Positions 18,827 to 28,071 are shown, counted from the stretch's first letter. The stretch is 64,000 nt of DNA from an uncultured Chloroflexia bacterium (GCA_963712745.1 CAVQJC010000008.1:1-64000), one strand, 5' to 3'. Translations and numbers: made by a program. Notes: a model not told the origin generated them from the letters alone.

Positions 18827-19683
18827 CCGATGACCGTCAGTCCGGCGTCCTCTTCGAGTCGTGGCTCAAGGACACCGACCCGATGCCAGCCGATGCGCGG
18901 CCCAACGTCGCCCGGGTCATGGCCCGCGTGCCGCAGACCCGCCAGCGTGGTCGCTGGTGGCCGCTGCCTTCGTTCCATCGGAAGGCTCAGTCACGCACCG
19001 CCACCGACACGACCGACTATCAGCCCAGCCCCGTCCCGGCCACCAACGGCCATGCCCCCGCTGTCATCGGGAGGACCCAAATCATGTTCAGCCCAGTCAA
19101 GCTCATCACCGCCGGGGCGCTCATCTTCGCCATCGGCGGCGTGCTGCTCATCGCCCAGCCTTTCGACCAGCAGGGCAGCGTCCCGGGCGCCGAGCAAGGA
19201 GCGGAGCCAGCATCGACCACGCCCGATGTCCGTACGCCCGCCGAAGTCACGGGTGTCATCAAGGAGGTTCGGCGGAACCAGCCGTCCGAAGTCGTCCAGT
19301 CGCCGACCGAGTTCACTTCGTCGCCGTTCGTGACCGTGACGACGAACTTCGGCTACACGATGTTGATGGAGACCGATGACCCGCGGCTGAGCGGAACGTA
19401 CGAGACGAACCAGACCTCCCAGCAGTACGGCACCACCGGCGGGGTCAGGACCGGTATCGGACGACTGGCTAACGAAGGCGGCTCCTGGGCGTCGGAGTTC
19501 CGGGGGTTGTCGGCGCTAGGAGGGGTCACCTTCGTGCACTTCCTCACCGGCGAAGGCGGGTACGAAGGCGTCTCGGCGATGCTGCTGACACTGCCAGCCG
19601 AAAGCGGTTGGGAGGTCACGGGGTTCGTCGCACCGGACCCGTTGCCTGCGCCACCGGAGTGGGTCCTGCCGCCCACCGAATAG
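18823..19683 (+). CDS. Putative anti-sigma factor with C-terminal DPRLSG domain (paralog 4)
   Basis: ATGA overlap with the sigma gene; TM AGALIFAIGGVLLIAQPF; DDPRLSG, GEGGYEGVSA. Confidence 0.8.
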   Translation: MTDDRQSGVLFESWLKDTDPMPADARPNVARVMARVPQTRQRGRWWPLPSFHRKAQSRTATDTTDYQPSPVPATNGHAPAVIGRTQIMFSPVKLITAGALIFAIGGVLLIAQPFDQQGSVPGAEQGAEPASTTPDVRTPAEVTGVIKEVRRNQPSEVVQSPTEFTSSPFVTVTTNFGYTMLMETDDPRLSGTYETNQTSQQYGTTGGVRTGIGRLANEGGSWASEFRGLSALGGVTFVHFLTGEGGYEGVSAMLLTLPAESGWEVTGFVAPDPLPAPPEWVLPPTE

Positions 19684-19911
19684 CGGCGGTCTCCGAGTCA
19701 TCACCCGCGAGACCGTGGCGGCCATCGAGTAGCACGTGCTGGTGGCTCACGCAGCCAGCAACTCCATCACGAGCATATCGACACTCGATACCACGAACGT
19801 TGGCCGAGCGCCCCTGGAACCGTCCGGGGGCGCAATCACCTGTGCCTGCGGTGTCCTTGACACCCTGTCGACAGGCTCGCTGTGGTCCGTCCGGCAGGGG
19901 CCCTCAGCCAG

Positions 19912-20877
19912 CTACTCGACCGAGGTACCGAAGCGCTGCTCGTAGGTGAGCAGGTCGGCGACCGAGACATTGCCGCCGCAGAGCACCAGGACCACGTGGT
20001 CTGACGGTCCGAAGCGCTCGGCGACATTCTGGAAGGCCGCCAGCGTGCAGGCGGCCGCCAGCTCTGCGAGGACCTTCGCTCGCTCGAGCAGGAAGACCGC
20101 GGCTGCGTAGGCCATCGCGTCGGTCACGACCAGTGACTCGTGGACGTGCTCCGACGCGAACTCGAACGCCGCCGTCGCCAGGTAGGGCGAGCCGAGCGTG
20201 CGGGCCAGGCTCGTCGGGGTCATCGACAATGGTCGCCCGGCGGCCAGCGAATCGTGGAGCACCTGGGCCCCATCGGTCTCCACAGCCCAGATCCTCACCG
20301 CGGACTTCAGAGCATGGACGGCCGACCCGACACCGGTGATGAACCCGCCACCGCCGACGCTGATGAAGATGTCGGTCAGGTCCGGGACGTCCTCGATGAG
20401 CTCGAGACCGAGCGTGCCGTCGCCAGCCATCATCGCGGGATGGTCGAAGGGGTGCGCCAGCGTCGCACCTGACTGCGCGAGTTCCTCCGTCCGGGCGAAT
20501 GCGGCCGCCATGCCCTCGACGAGCTCCACCGTCGCACCGTAGCCACGACTGGCGTTCACGTAGTTATCAGGCGTCGTGTCCGGCATCACGATCGTGGTCG
20601 AGACGCCGAGAGCGGCCCCGGCATAGGCGAGACCCTGGGCGAAGTTGCCGCCCGACACCCCCACGAAACTGTCGGCGCCGGTCTCCTCCATGAGCACGAG
20701 GAGTTGGTTGAACGCGCCGCGGGGCTTGAACGACCCGGTCTTCTGGGACAGTTCCAGCTTCAGGTACACGTTCGTGCCCGCGCGCTCGGAGAGCGTGGAG
20801 CTACGGACGAGCGGGGTGCGGTGAACGAGCCCGGCGACTCGGCCACGTGCGGCATGGATGTCGTTCAGGTCGATCAC
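19912..20877 (-). CDS. PLP-dependent threonine/serine dehydratase family (no ACT domain)
   Basis: KLE..QKTGSFKPRGA, SGGNFAQG, VGGGG, LCGGN. Confidence 0.92.
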   Translation of the reverse strand: MIDLNDIHAARGRVAGLVHRTPLVRSSTLSERAGTNVYLKLELSQKTGSFKPRGAFNQLLVLMEETGADSFVGVSGGNFAQGLAYAGAALGVSTTIVMPDTTPDNYVNASRGYGATVELVEGMAAAFARTEELAQSGATLAHPFDHPAMMAGDGTLGLELIEDVPDLTDIFISVGGGGFITGVGSAVHALKSAVRIWAVETDGAQVLHDSLAAGRPLSMTPTSLARTLGSPYLATAAFEFASEHVHESLVVTDAMAYAAAVFLLERAKVLAELAAACTLAAFQNVAERFGPSDHVVLVLCGGNVSVADLLTYEQRFGTSVE

Positions 20878-20894
20878 GTGGGCGACGATACGTT

Positions 20895-21090
20895 ATGTCG
20901 CGGACCAGATCCGGGACTACCACGCCCTCGAGCGCGCGCGCAGAACAAGCCAGCTCTCCCTGCGCAAGCTGTGCCGTCGCCCTGGCCTCAGCGCCCACCC
21001 CTGCGTCGTCGTCCCGGTGCAGAAGGGGAGGTGAGGTCCGTGACACCGTCCTCGACGCCATCGATGAAGCCATCACCAGCTTCCGCCGAC
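20895..21090 (+). pseudogene. Degraded fourth copy of the TerS-like HTH gene
   Basis: RDYHALER..LSLRKLCRRPGLSAH and EVRDTVLDAIDEAITSFR match copies 1-3, with an internal deletion. Confidence 0.7.
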
Positions 21091-21260
21091 TTTGCGTTTG
21101 CCGAATCCCCGCCAGCTGTCTCGACCTCGATATTCGTCCGTCCGGGACGTTGTCGCGACCCAAGTCGCGACCGCAGGTCACTGGACACGGGATCCCGCGT
21201 GAGTGGTGCATGGTGGGCGGTCCACTCACTCACGATGCCGAGAAGGTAAGGTACGCGGCC

Positions 21261-22796
21261 ATGCGGGGTGCCATCGCAGCGGGTCACAAGGAGACCGTCG
21301 ACGCGGCCGAGTCCGTCCTGGACGACGGCGGCAACGCGTTCGACGCTGCGCTCGCGGCGCTCACCGCGGCCTTCGTAGCGGAGCCAGTCCTGGCGAGTCC
21401 CGGCGGCGGCGGATTCCTGCTGGCGAAGCCGAACGATGCCGGGCCGCGACTCTACGACTTCTTCGTTCAGACCCCTGCCAGGCGGCGCGACGAGGCCGAT
21501 CTGGACTTCTATCCCATCTCCGCCGACTTCGGCACCACCACGCAGGAGTTCCACATCGGACTCGGCACCGTGGCTGTGCCCGGCGTGATGCGCGGCATGT
21601 TCGACGTGCAGGGTGAGCTCGGCACGCGATCGATGCGCGAACTCATGCAGCCCGCCATCGAGCTGGCTCGGCGCGGTGTCAAGATGACGCCGTTCCAGGC
21701 CGAGCTGCTGGAAGTCGTGAAGCCGTGCTTCACGGCAACGGCCGAGATCGCCAACATCTTCGGCAGTCCGTCCCGCCCCGGCGAGCTCGTTGGTGAAGGC
21801 GAGCTGCTCATGATGCCTGGCCTCGCCGACTGCCTGGAGGCGATCTCGATCGAAGGGCACGAGCTCTTCTACCGCGGTGAGATCGCGCAGCGCATCCTCG
21901 AGGCCCAGGAGACGGGAGGCGGCGGGCTCACCGCTGACGATCTCGCGAACTACGAGGTCGCGCGTCGACGACCGCTGTCCGTGCGCTATCGCGACGCGAC
22001 CATCCACACCAACCCGCCTCCTGCATCGGGCGGGTTGTTGATCGCGTTCGGCCTGAGGCTCATGTCCGCGTGGAAGCCGCACCACGGAAACGCCGAGGAC
22101 CCGGTCCATCTGGAGCGACTGGCGCGCGTCATGGAGGCGACACAGGAGGCCCGCATCGCGACCACCGCCGCCGATGGCGAGACCAGCGGCGACGTGCTCG
22201 ACCCCAAGCTCGTGGAGCGCTATCGGCAGTCGGTGCTCGGTCGACAGCGACTGACCCGCGGCACCACGCACATCAGCGTGGTCGACAAGGACGGCAATCT
22301 CGCCAGTCTCACCGTCTCGAACGGCGAAGGATGCGGCCACGTCGTCGAAGGCACGGGCATCGTCTTGAACAACATGCTCGGCGAGGAAGACCTGAATCCC
22401 GGCGGCTTCCAGCGTTGGCCGGAGGGCCATCGCATGACCTCGATGATGGCCCCGACCATCGTCGAGTGGCCGCGCGGCCGAAGCTGCGCGCTAGGCTCGG
22501 GCGGGTCCAACCGCATCCGCACGGCGATCCTGCAGGTGCTGCTCGATCTCATCGATCTGGGCCTGCCGCTCGACGAGGCCATCGATCGTCCCCGCATCCA
22601 CTACGAGGGTGAACTCTTGAGCATCGAAGGAGGATTCGATCTCGATCGTATCCGACCACTCGAGAGCCAGTTCGAGGTCCATCAGTGGGACGACCGCAGC
22701 CTGTTCTTCGGCGGGGTGCATGCAGTCATGGCGCACGGCGCCAGCTACGAGGCCGCCGCCGACCCAAGGCGAGACGGCAGAAGTCGCCTGCTCTGA
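21261..22796 (+). CDS. ggt: Gamma-glutamyltransferase family protein
   Basis: GGNAFDAA, GGGGF, GTTHISVVD nucleophile, LNNMLG, GSGGSNRI. Confidence 0.92.
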   Translation: MRGAIAAGHKETVDAAESVLDDGGNAFDAALAALTAAFVAEPVLASPGGGGFLLAKPNDAGPRLYDFFVQTPARRRDEADLDFYPISADFGTTTQEFHIGLGTVAVPGVMRGMFDVQGELGTRSMRELMQPAIELARRGVKMTPFQAELLEVVKPCFTATAEIANIFGSPSRPGELVGEGELLMMPGLADCLEAISIEGHELFYRGEIAQRILEAQETGGGGLTADDLANYEVARRRPLSVRYRDATIHTNPPPASGGLLIAFGLRLMSAWKPHHGNAEDPVHLERLARVMEATQEARIATTAADGETSGDVLDPKLVERYRQSVLGRQRLTRGTTHISVVDKDGNLASLTVSNGEGCGHVVEGTGIVLNNMLGEEDLNPGGFQRWPEGHRMTSMMAPTIVEWPRGRSCALGSGGSNRIRTAILQVLLDLIDLGLPLDEAIDRPRIHYEGELLSIEGGFDLDRIRPLESQFEVHQWDDRSLFFGGVHAVMAHGASYEAAADPRRDGRSRLL

Positions 22797-22836
22797 GGAC
22801 AACTCCTTCTCGACGATCTCCGTCATCGTGACCCGG

Positions 22837-22865
22837 CGGAAGGTTCTCGACGCTCCGGACGTCTT
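22837..22865 (+). promoter_or_regulatory. Putative ECF-type promoter CGGAAGG-N16-CGTCTT
   Basis: ECF-like spacing upstream of DPRLSG paralog 5. Confidence 0.4.
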
Positions 22866-22919
22866 ATGGAGGGAGCGGGTCCCTCGCAAGCGCGGCCCGC
22901 GCGCTCCAGGGAGGATGTC

Positions 22920-23468
22920 ATGCACACGTTGCGAATGTCCCTGGCCACGGTGGTCGTCCTGACGCTGCTCGGTGGCGCGGGTGGTACGTCCATCGCGCAG
23001 GACGAAGCCGACCCGGAGTACGCGGCCATATCCGGCACGGCGCGTGCCGGAACACGGACGGCCACTCCAGACATCTCGACCAGCCCGACCGTCCCACAGG
23101 AGGTGGGCATTGGCATGGCGTATTCGTCCTGGCAGACGACGAACGACCCCAGGCTCAGTGGCCCGTACGAGAACAGCCAGGACTACTATGGGTTCCTCCC
23201 CGGGTCGCTGGGAGGGGCGGTGCGCTCGGGGACCGGACGCCTGACCAACGAGGGTGGGTCCTGGCTCGCCGAGTTCCAGGGCTTCACGCAGCCGGAGACG
23301 CACGCCTACACCAGCACGTACTACGTGACGCACTACACGGGCCAGGGCGGATACGAGGGCCTGTCGGCGATGACCATCTGGTTGCCGACCGGGACCGGGG
23401 CCTGGGACGTGGAAGGTGTGCTCTTCCCTGGCGAGATGCCGTCGACCCCGGAGATGTCCGCCCGATAG
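22920..23468 (+). CDS. Secreted DPRLSG-family protein (paralog 5)
   Basis: GGAGG RBS; signal peptide; NDPRLSG, GQGGYEGLSA, GVLFPGEMP. Confidence 0.85.
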   Translation: MHTLRMSLATVVVLTLLGGAGGTSIAQDEADPEYAAISGTARAGTRTATPDISTSPTVPQEVGIGMAYSSWQTTNDPRLSGPYENSQDYYGFLPGSLGGAVRSGTGRLTNEGGSWLAEFQGFTQPETHAYTSTYYVTHYTGQGGYEGLSAMTIWLPTGTGAWDVEGVLFPGEMPSTPEMSAR

Positions 23469-23537
23469 ACGCATCGGGCCATCTCCGCTGCTCTGTGCCC
23501 GTCCGCCGACGAGACGGTGCTCGGCTCATTGGTCGCC

Positions 23538-24074
23538 CTATCGATCTGGCTGGTACTTCGCACATCGCCACTCGACAACGAGGCGCTTCAGGCTCGTCTT
23601 CCCCGCATAGGCCTCGCCCCCCACGAGCGGCACGTCGCGGAACACGGCCCGACCCTTGCGCCATCCCGGTTCGACGCGCGCTACCGTGGCCGAGCGGTAC
23701 ACCGAGTCGCCGAGAGAGAAGTCGACGCTGGCGGACGTCTCTCGTCCCAGCGTCATCTCCAGTCGTAGAGATGCCTTCGGGCCGCCACCTTCGGGTATCC
23801 AGTCACGGCCGCCGTCGTTGCCGAACCAGCGGTCCTTTCGTTCGATGAGCGTGGCGCCGCCCGTGTCCGAGTCGCGGCTGCAGACGATGCGCGGATACGA
23901 ATTGTTGCCATCGCCGAGGGGCGTACCGTCGAACCGGACCGTGGCCCAGCCGTTGTTTCGTCTGGCGCTATAGGAGGTGGTGCAGCCGACGAACAGCACG
24001 AGTGCGACGAGGTACAAGGCGGCAGCGGTGATGAGCCGCTTCCCCACCTTGGGGCCTCGTGGACCTCGTGCCAT
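23538..24074 (-). CDS. Putative lipoprotein or exported protein
   Basis: Basic N-terminus, hydrophobic stretch, LFVGC lipobox-like. Confidence 0.6.
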   Translation of the reverse strand: MARGPRGPKVGKRLITAAALYLVALVLFVGCTTSYSARRNNGWATVRFDGTPLGDGNNSYPRIVCSRDSDTGGATLIERKDRWFGNDGGRDWIPEGGGPKASLRLEMTLGRETSASVDFSLGDSVYRSATVARVEPGWRKGRAVFRDVPLVGGEAYAGKTSLKRLVVEWRCAKYQPDR

Positions 24075-24219
24075 GTCACTCAATCGCTGGACATCCGGTG
24101 CGGCCGATGAGACCGATCGTGACGCCCAGCAGCGCTCTGCACGATCGGGCTGCGCCTTACGAGCCGCCTCATTTCTGTGGCATCCGCAAGGTGACCGCCC
24201 CGCCAGCGTGTTCGTGACG

Positions 24220-24525
24220 ATGGAACCAAACGAGCCTCTCACCGGCGCCCTGACCATCGGCGTCGGCGAAGCCCTCGTGACCGATGCGCTCGTCCTCGGG
24301 ACGTTCTCGCTTCGGCTCGCCAACGCCGATGGGGCGTGGACCGGAACGGGCCGGGCCTTCGGTGGTGACGAAACACAGGGCGTGGATATCTGGGAGTTGA
24401 CCGGCGAGGGCGGCTACGACGGCCTCCGCCTCTTCATGTTCGACCACGAGGGCATCGACCAGCCATGGGGCGTCATCGTCGCCGGCGAAGCCATCCCGCC
24501 CTTCCCGGAACTGCCCCTCGAATAG
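24220..24525 (+). pseudogene. N-terminally truncated DPRLSG-family member (paralog 6)
   Basis: LANADGAWTG, LTGEGGYDGL, GVIVAGEAIPPFP; no signal peptide. Confidence 0.6.
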
Positions 24526-24637
24526 CGATGCGCCGGGAGGTCGCAGGAGCGAGTCCCTCACGAGCACGTCGACACCCTCGACAACGTACGCGGGTCGAGA
24601 GTCCTTGGACTGGGCGGTCGTTCGCGGCCAGGACAGG

Positions 24638-25693
24638 CTAGGACCCCTGGCCACCGAGGAGCGCGCGCAGAGTGTCGCGGGACCCGGAGAGGATGAGCTC
24701 CTCGCCGGCCTGGAGCTTCCGCTCGGTGGGTGGATTGGCATCGTACTCCCCGGGACCTCGAACGATGGCCAGCGTGAAGATGCCTCGTGCCAGCAGATCG
24801 CCCACGCTCGTGCCGTCGAGCGGTCCACCGTCGGTGACGCGGTACTCCTCGATGGAGAAAGAGAGGTGAGCCCGTGAGAGGGCCGCGTCGATGTAGTCGC
24901 TCACGGCCGGCCGCACCGCCAGCTCGGCGATGCGGTGTCCAGCCATGGTGTAGGGCGACACGATGCGGTTGGCACCGGCGCGCTTGAGCCTGGCTTCGGC
25001 GATCGGTGCGTTGGCCCGTCCCACGATGAAGAGCTGGCGGTTCAGCGTTCGGGCCGACAACACAACGTAGACGTTGTAGGCATCCTCGTCGATCGTGGCC
25101 ACGAGCCCGGTCGCCCGCTCGATGCCGGCGGCGAGCAAGGTGGCCTCGTCGGTGGCGTCGCCCTCCACCACCAGATAGCCATCCTCCCGTGCACGCTCGA
25201 CCGAGTCGGGCAGGACGTCGACGACGACCACGCTTCGCCCACTCACACGTAGCTCTGCAGCGACGGTGGACCCCACACGGCCATAGCCGCACACGATGTA
25301 GTGGTCTCTCAGGCCGGTGATCTGTTCCTGCATCTTCCTCCGCTCCCTGCGCCCGCTACCGATCTCCGCCAGCACGACCTCCGCCATGATGCCGACCCCG
25401 CCGAAGAGCAGGGCCGTACCCACGACGGCCGCCACCATGGCCACCACTCGCCCGCTCTCGTCAAGGGTTCGTACCTCTCCGTAGCCGACCGTGGTCAGCG
25501 TGATGACGGTCATGTAGAGCGCGTCCGAGAACGACCAGCCCTCGATCGCCTCGAACAGGATGGTGAACGTGATGATGGCCACCACGACCGCGATGAGCCA
25601 GGCCCGCACGTGGACTCGGGTGATGCGGGTTCGTGCCGGGGCACTCGCCACCGGCGTCGAGGATTCCTCCTTCCGGGGAGTCGAGAAGCTCAC
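24638..25693 (-). CDS. Potassium channel protein (2-TM pore plus TrkA-N/RCK and TrkA-C)
   Basis: TTVGYG selectivity filter; CGYGRVG Rossmann motif; TAGACT -10 seven nt before GTG (leaderless). Confidence 0.93.
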   Translation of the reverse strand: MSFSTPRKEESSTPVASAPARTRITRVHVRAWLIAVVVAIITFTILFEAIEGWSFSDALYMTVITLTTVGYGEVRTLDESGRVVAMVAAVVGTALLFGGVGIMAEVVLAEIGSGRRERRKMQEQITGLRDHYIVCGYGRVGSTVAAELRVSGRSVVVVDVLPDSVERAREDGYLVVEGDATDEATLLAAGIERATGLVATIDEDAYNVYVVLSARTLNRQLFIVGRANAPIAEARLKRAGANRIVSPYTMAGHRIAELAVRPAVSDYIDAALSRAHLSFSIEEYRVTDGGPLDGTSVGDLLARGIFTLAIVRGPGEYDANPPTERKLQAGEELILSGSRDTLRALLGGQGS

Positions 25694-25749
25694 GTCTCGG
25701 AGTCTAGTCTCCCCAGAGACACGGCCACGCCGTCAGGCCGATCGAGCTT

Positions 25750-25782
25750 CGTAACGCTTCGCGAACGGCCACCGCGGACGAT
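25750..25782 (+). promoter_or_regulatory. SARP-type box CGTAACG-N4-GCGAACG-N9-GACGAT upstream of the cupredoxin gene
   Basis: Same architecture at 31207-31239, 33757-33789 and 33830-33861. Confidence 0.6.
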
Positions 25783-25867
25783 GGGCGCATGAGGGCTGCC
25801 ACGGCCGCCCGATCGTCCAAACCCGGCGCGAATGCTGCGCCGGCCGACCGGGGGAGAAGGAGTCTCC

Positions 25868-26521
25868 ATGACCGGAACTCGCAAGAACACGGCGCTGCTC
25901 GTAGCCGCGACGCTGCTGCTCATGGCCGCACCTGCCGCCGGGCAGGAAGAGGCCGAGACCGACGGGGCGACGACAGCAGGATCGATCGAGGTCAGCGGCG
26001 TCGACTATGCATTCGTGGGTCTGCCCACCAGCGTCCCCGCTGGCACCGAGCTCACCTTCCGCAACGACGGCACCGAATTCCACGAGATGGCCGTGGTCAA
26101 GATCAACGATGAGACCACGCCTCTCGAGGAGCTGATGGCCATGCCCGAGGAGGAGACTGAGGCGATCACCGAGTTCGTCGGCTTCCTGTCCACGATGCCA
26201 GGGACTCTCGCCGAGGGATCGGTCAGCCTGACTGCGCCGGGGCGATATGTCGTGCTCTGCTTCATCCCCCAGGGTTCGGACCCGGCCGTCTTCGAAGAGA
26301 CCGGGTTCGACCCCACCATCATCGACGAGAACACCGATCCGAGCACGCTCCCGCCAGAGGTCCAGGAGCTGCTGACGGAGATCGAGTCCAACCCGCCGCA
26401 CATGGCACTGGGGATGGTCCAGGAGTTCACGGTCGGGGAAGCCGGCAGCGACGTCGGGCCGATGCCGGAGACCGCGTCCGACGACACGGCCTCACAGGAC
26501 GAGGGCTCCTCTTCCGAGTAG
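25868..26521 (+). CDS. Secreted cupredoxin-like (type 1 copper) protein
   Basis: Signal peptide; NDGTEFHEM; GRYVVLC...H.ALGM ligand set. Confidence 0.8.
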   Translation: MTGTRKNTALLVAATLLLMAAPAAGQEEAETDGATTAGSIEVSGVDYAFVGLPTSVPAGTELTFRNDGTEFHEMAVVKINDETTPLEELMAMPEEETEAITEFVGFLSTMPGTLAEGSVSLTAPGRYVVLCFIPQGSDPAVFEETGFDPTIIDENTDPSTLPPEVQELLTEIESNPPHMALGMVQEFTVGEAGSDVGPMPETASDDTASQDEGSSSE

Positions 26522-26547
26522 TCCTGTCGCCGCTCGACGGCCGTTCG

Positions 26548-26578
26548 CGGGCCTGGCCGATGAGCCAGGCCCGTCTTC
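26548..26578 (+). terminator. Hairpin between convergent genes
   Basis: CGGGCCTGGC-CGATGA-GCCAGGCCCG followed by TCTTC. Confidence 0.6.
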
Positions 26579-26613
26579 GTGTCCGGCGGAGGTGGCGATG
26601 CCTTGCCGGAGGA

Positions 26614-28071
26614 TCAGTGGAATTCGCGTCGCAGTGCGGACTGCGCTGCGAGGTACCCGCTCATGCCATGGACACCACCGCCCGGCGGCGTGGAGGTCGA
26701 ACAGAGGTACAGCCCCCGGACCGGCGAGGCGTACGGGTCCCGGCTGAGGGTCGGCCGCGCGATGAGCTGAGGCAGGTCCTGCAAGCCACCGTTGATATCG
26801 CCACCGACGTAGTTGGCGTTGTAGGCCTGGAGCTCCGGGGCGGTGCGAACGGCCCGGCCCAGGATCACATCACGGAAACCCGGCGCGAAACGCTCGATCT
26901 GAGCCTCGACGAGTTCGCCGACATCGCTGTCAGAGCCATGCGGGACGTGCACGTAGGCCCAGGCCGTGTGCTGGCCCGCGGGCGCGCGCGAGGGGTCGGC
27001 GACGGTCGCCTGAACGAGGAGGACGAAAGGCCGATCGGGGATGCGTCCCTGGTGGACCGCACGCTCGGACGCCTCCAGCTCGTCTGCGGCTCCTCCCAGA
27101 TGAACGGTCCCCGCCGCGGCGAGCTCCGTGGAGCGCCACGGGATCGGCTCAGACAGCGCCCAGTCCACCTTGCACACTCCGGGTCCATAGCGGAAGCGCT
27201 CGAGCGAGCGGCGGTACCGTGCCGGCAGGCGATCACCCACGATGGCCACGACCTGTCGAGGCGTCACGCCCAGGAGCGTGGCCCCGGCCGGCGGGAGGTC
27301 CGCGAGCGAGGCGATGGGGGAGTCGGTGATGACCTCACCGCCCAGCGAGCGTACGAGAGCAACGAGGGCATCGGTCAGCCTGGCCGTGCCGCCACGGACG
27401 ACCGGCCAGCCCACCTGGTGCGCGCTCATGCCCAGCACCAGCCCGAACGACGCGGTCGCAGGCTGACGCAGGGGCACCATGGCGTGTGCCGAGAGCCCGG
27501 CCAGAAGGGCCCGCGCCGGCGTCTCGCGGAAGGCGATGCGCCCCAGGGTCGTCGCGGGCATCATCGCCGGCAGCCCGAAACGCGCCATCGCGAGCGGATG
27601 CCTGGGCATCCGCAGCACCGGTCCCAGGATCGACGGCATCAGCCGGCCGGCCTCGGCGTCACGCACCAGCGGACCCATGAGGCGACGGTAGGCGGCGGCG
27701 TCCCGGCCGAGACCCTCCGCCGTCGTGGCCACGTCGCGGTAGAGCAGCACTGCGCGGTCGTCGAGCGCGTGCCCGACCGGCACCTCAGGCTGCACCAGCT
27801 CGACGCCCAGCTGCGCCAGATCGAGCGTCGCGAAGAAGGGCGACACCAGCGCTGTCGCCACCACCGTGGCACAGACATCGTGGACAAAGCCCGGCAAGGT
27901 CAGCTCTGCGGAGCGCATACCGCCGCCAGGCGTGGACGCTGCCTCGAACAGGCGAACCCGCACGCCCCCACGAGCAAGCGTGACGGCTGCCGCGAGGCCG
28001 TTCGGCCCCGATCCGACGATGTTGGCGGTCGGCTCCCCGCGTAGGTAGCTCACTGGCCAATCATCGGTCAC
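26614..28071 (-). CDS. Phytoene dehydrogenase-like FAD-dependent oxidoreductase
   Basis: VGSGPNGLAAA, GGGMRS, PPGGGVHGMSG. Confidence 0.9.
   Translation of the reverse strand: MTDDWPVSYLRGEPTANIVGSGPNGLAAAVTLARGGVRVRLFEAASTPGGGMRSAELTLPGFVHDVCATVVATALVSPFFATLDLAQLGVELVQPEVPVGHALDDRAVLLYRDVATTAEGLGRDAAAYRRLMGPLVRDAEAGRLMPSILGPVLRMPRHPLAMARFGLPAMMPATTLGRIAFRETPARALLAGLSAHAMVPLRQPATASFGLVLGMSAHQVGWPVVRGGTARLTDALVALVRSLGGEVITDSPIASLADLPPAGATLLGVTPRQVVAIVGDRLPARYRRSLERFRYGPGVCKVDWALSEPIPWRSTELAAAGTVHLGGAADELEASERAVHQGRIPDRPFVLLVQATVADPSRAPAGQHTAWAYVHVPHGSDSDVGELVEAQIERFAPGFRDVILGRAVRTAPELQAYNANYVGGDINGGLQDLPQLIARPTLSRDPYASPVRGLYLCSTSTPPGGGVHGMSGYLAAQSALRREFH

Noticed and set aside
1-21090. Intact prophage or diversity-generating retroelement
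   Set aside because: No capsid, portal, large terminase, tail or reverse transcriptase; differences between repeats are not adenine-specific
20847-21260. 138-aa N-terminal extension of GGT
   Set aside because: The region is a decayed TerS-like copy plus intergenic DNA; GGT homology starts at ATG 21261
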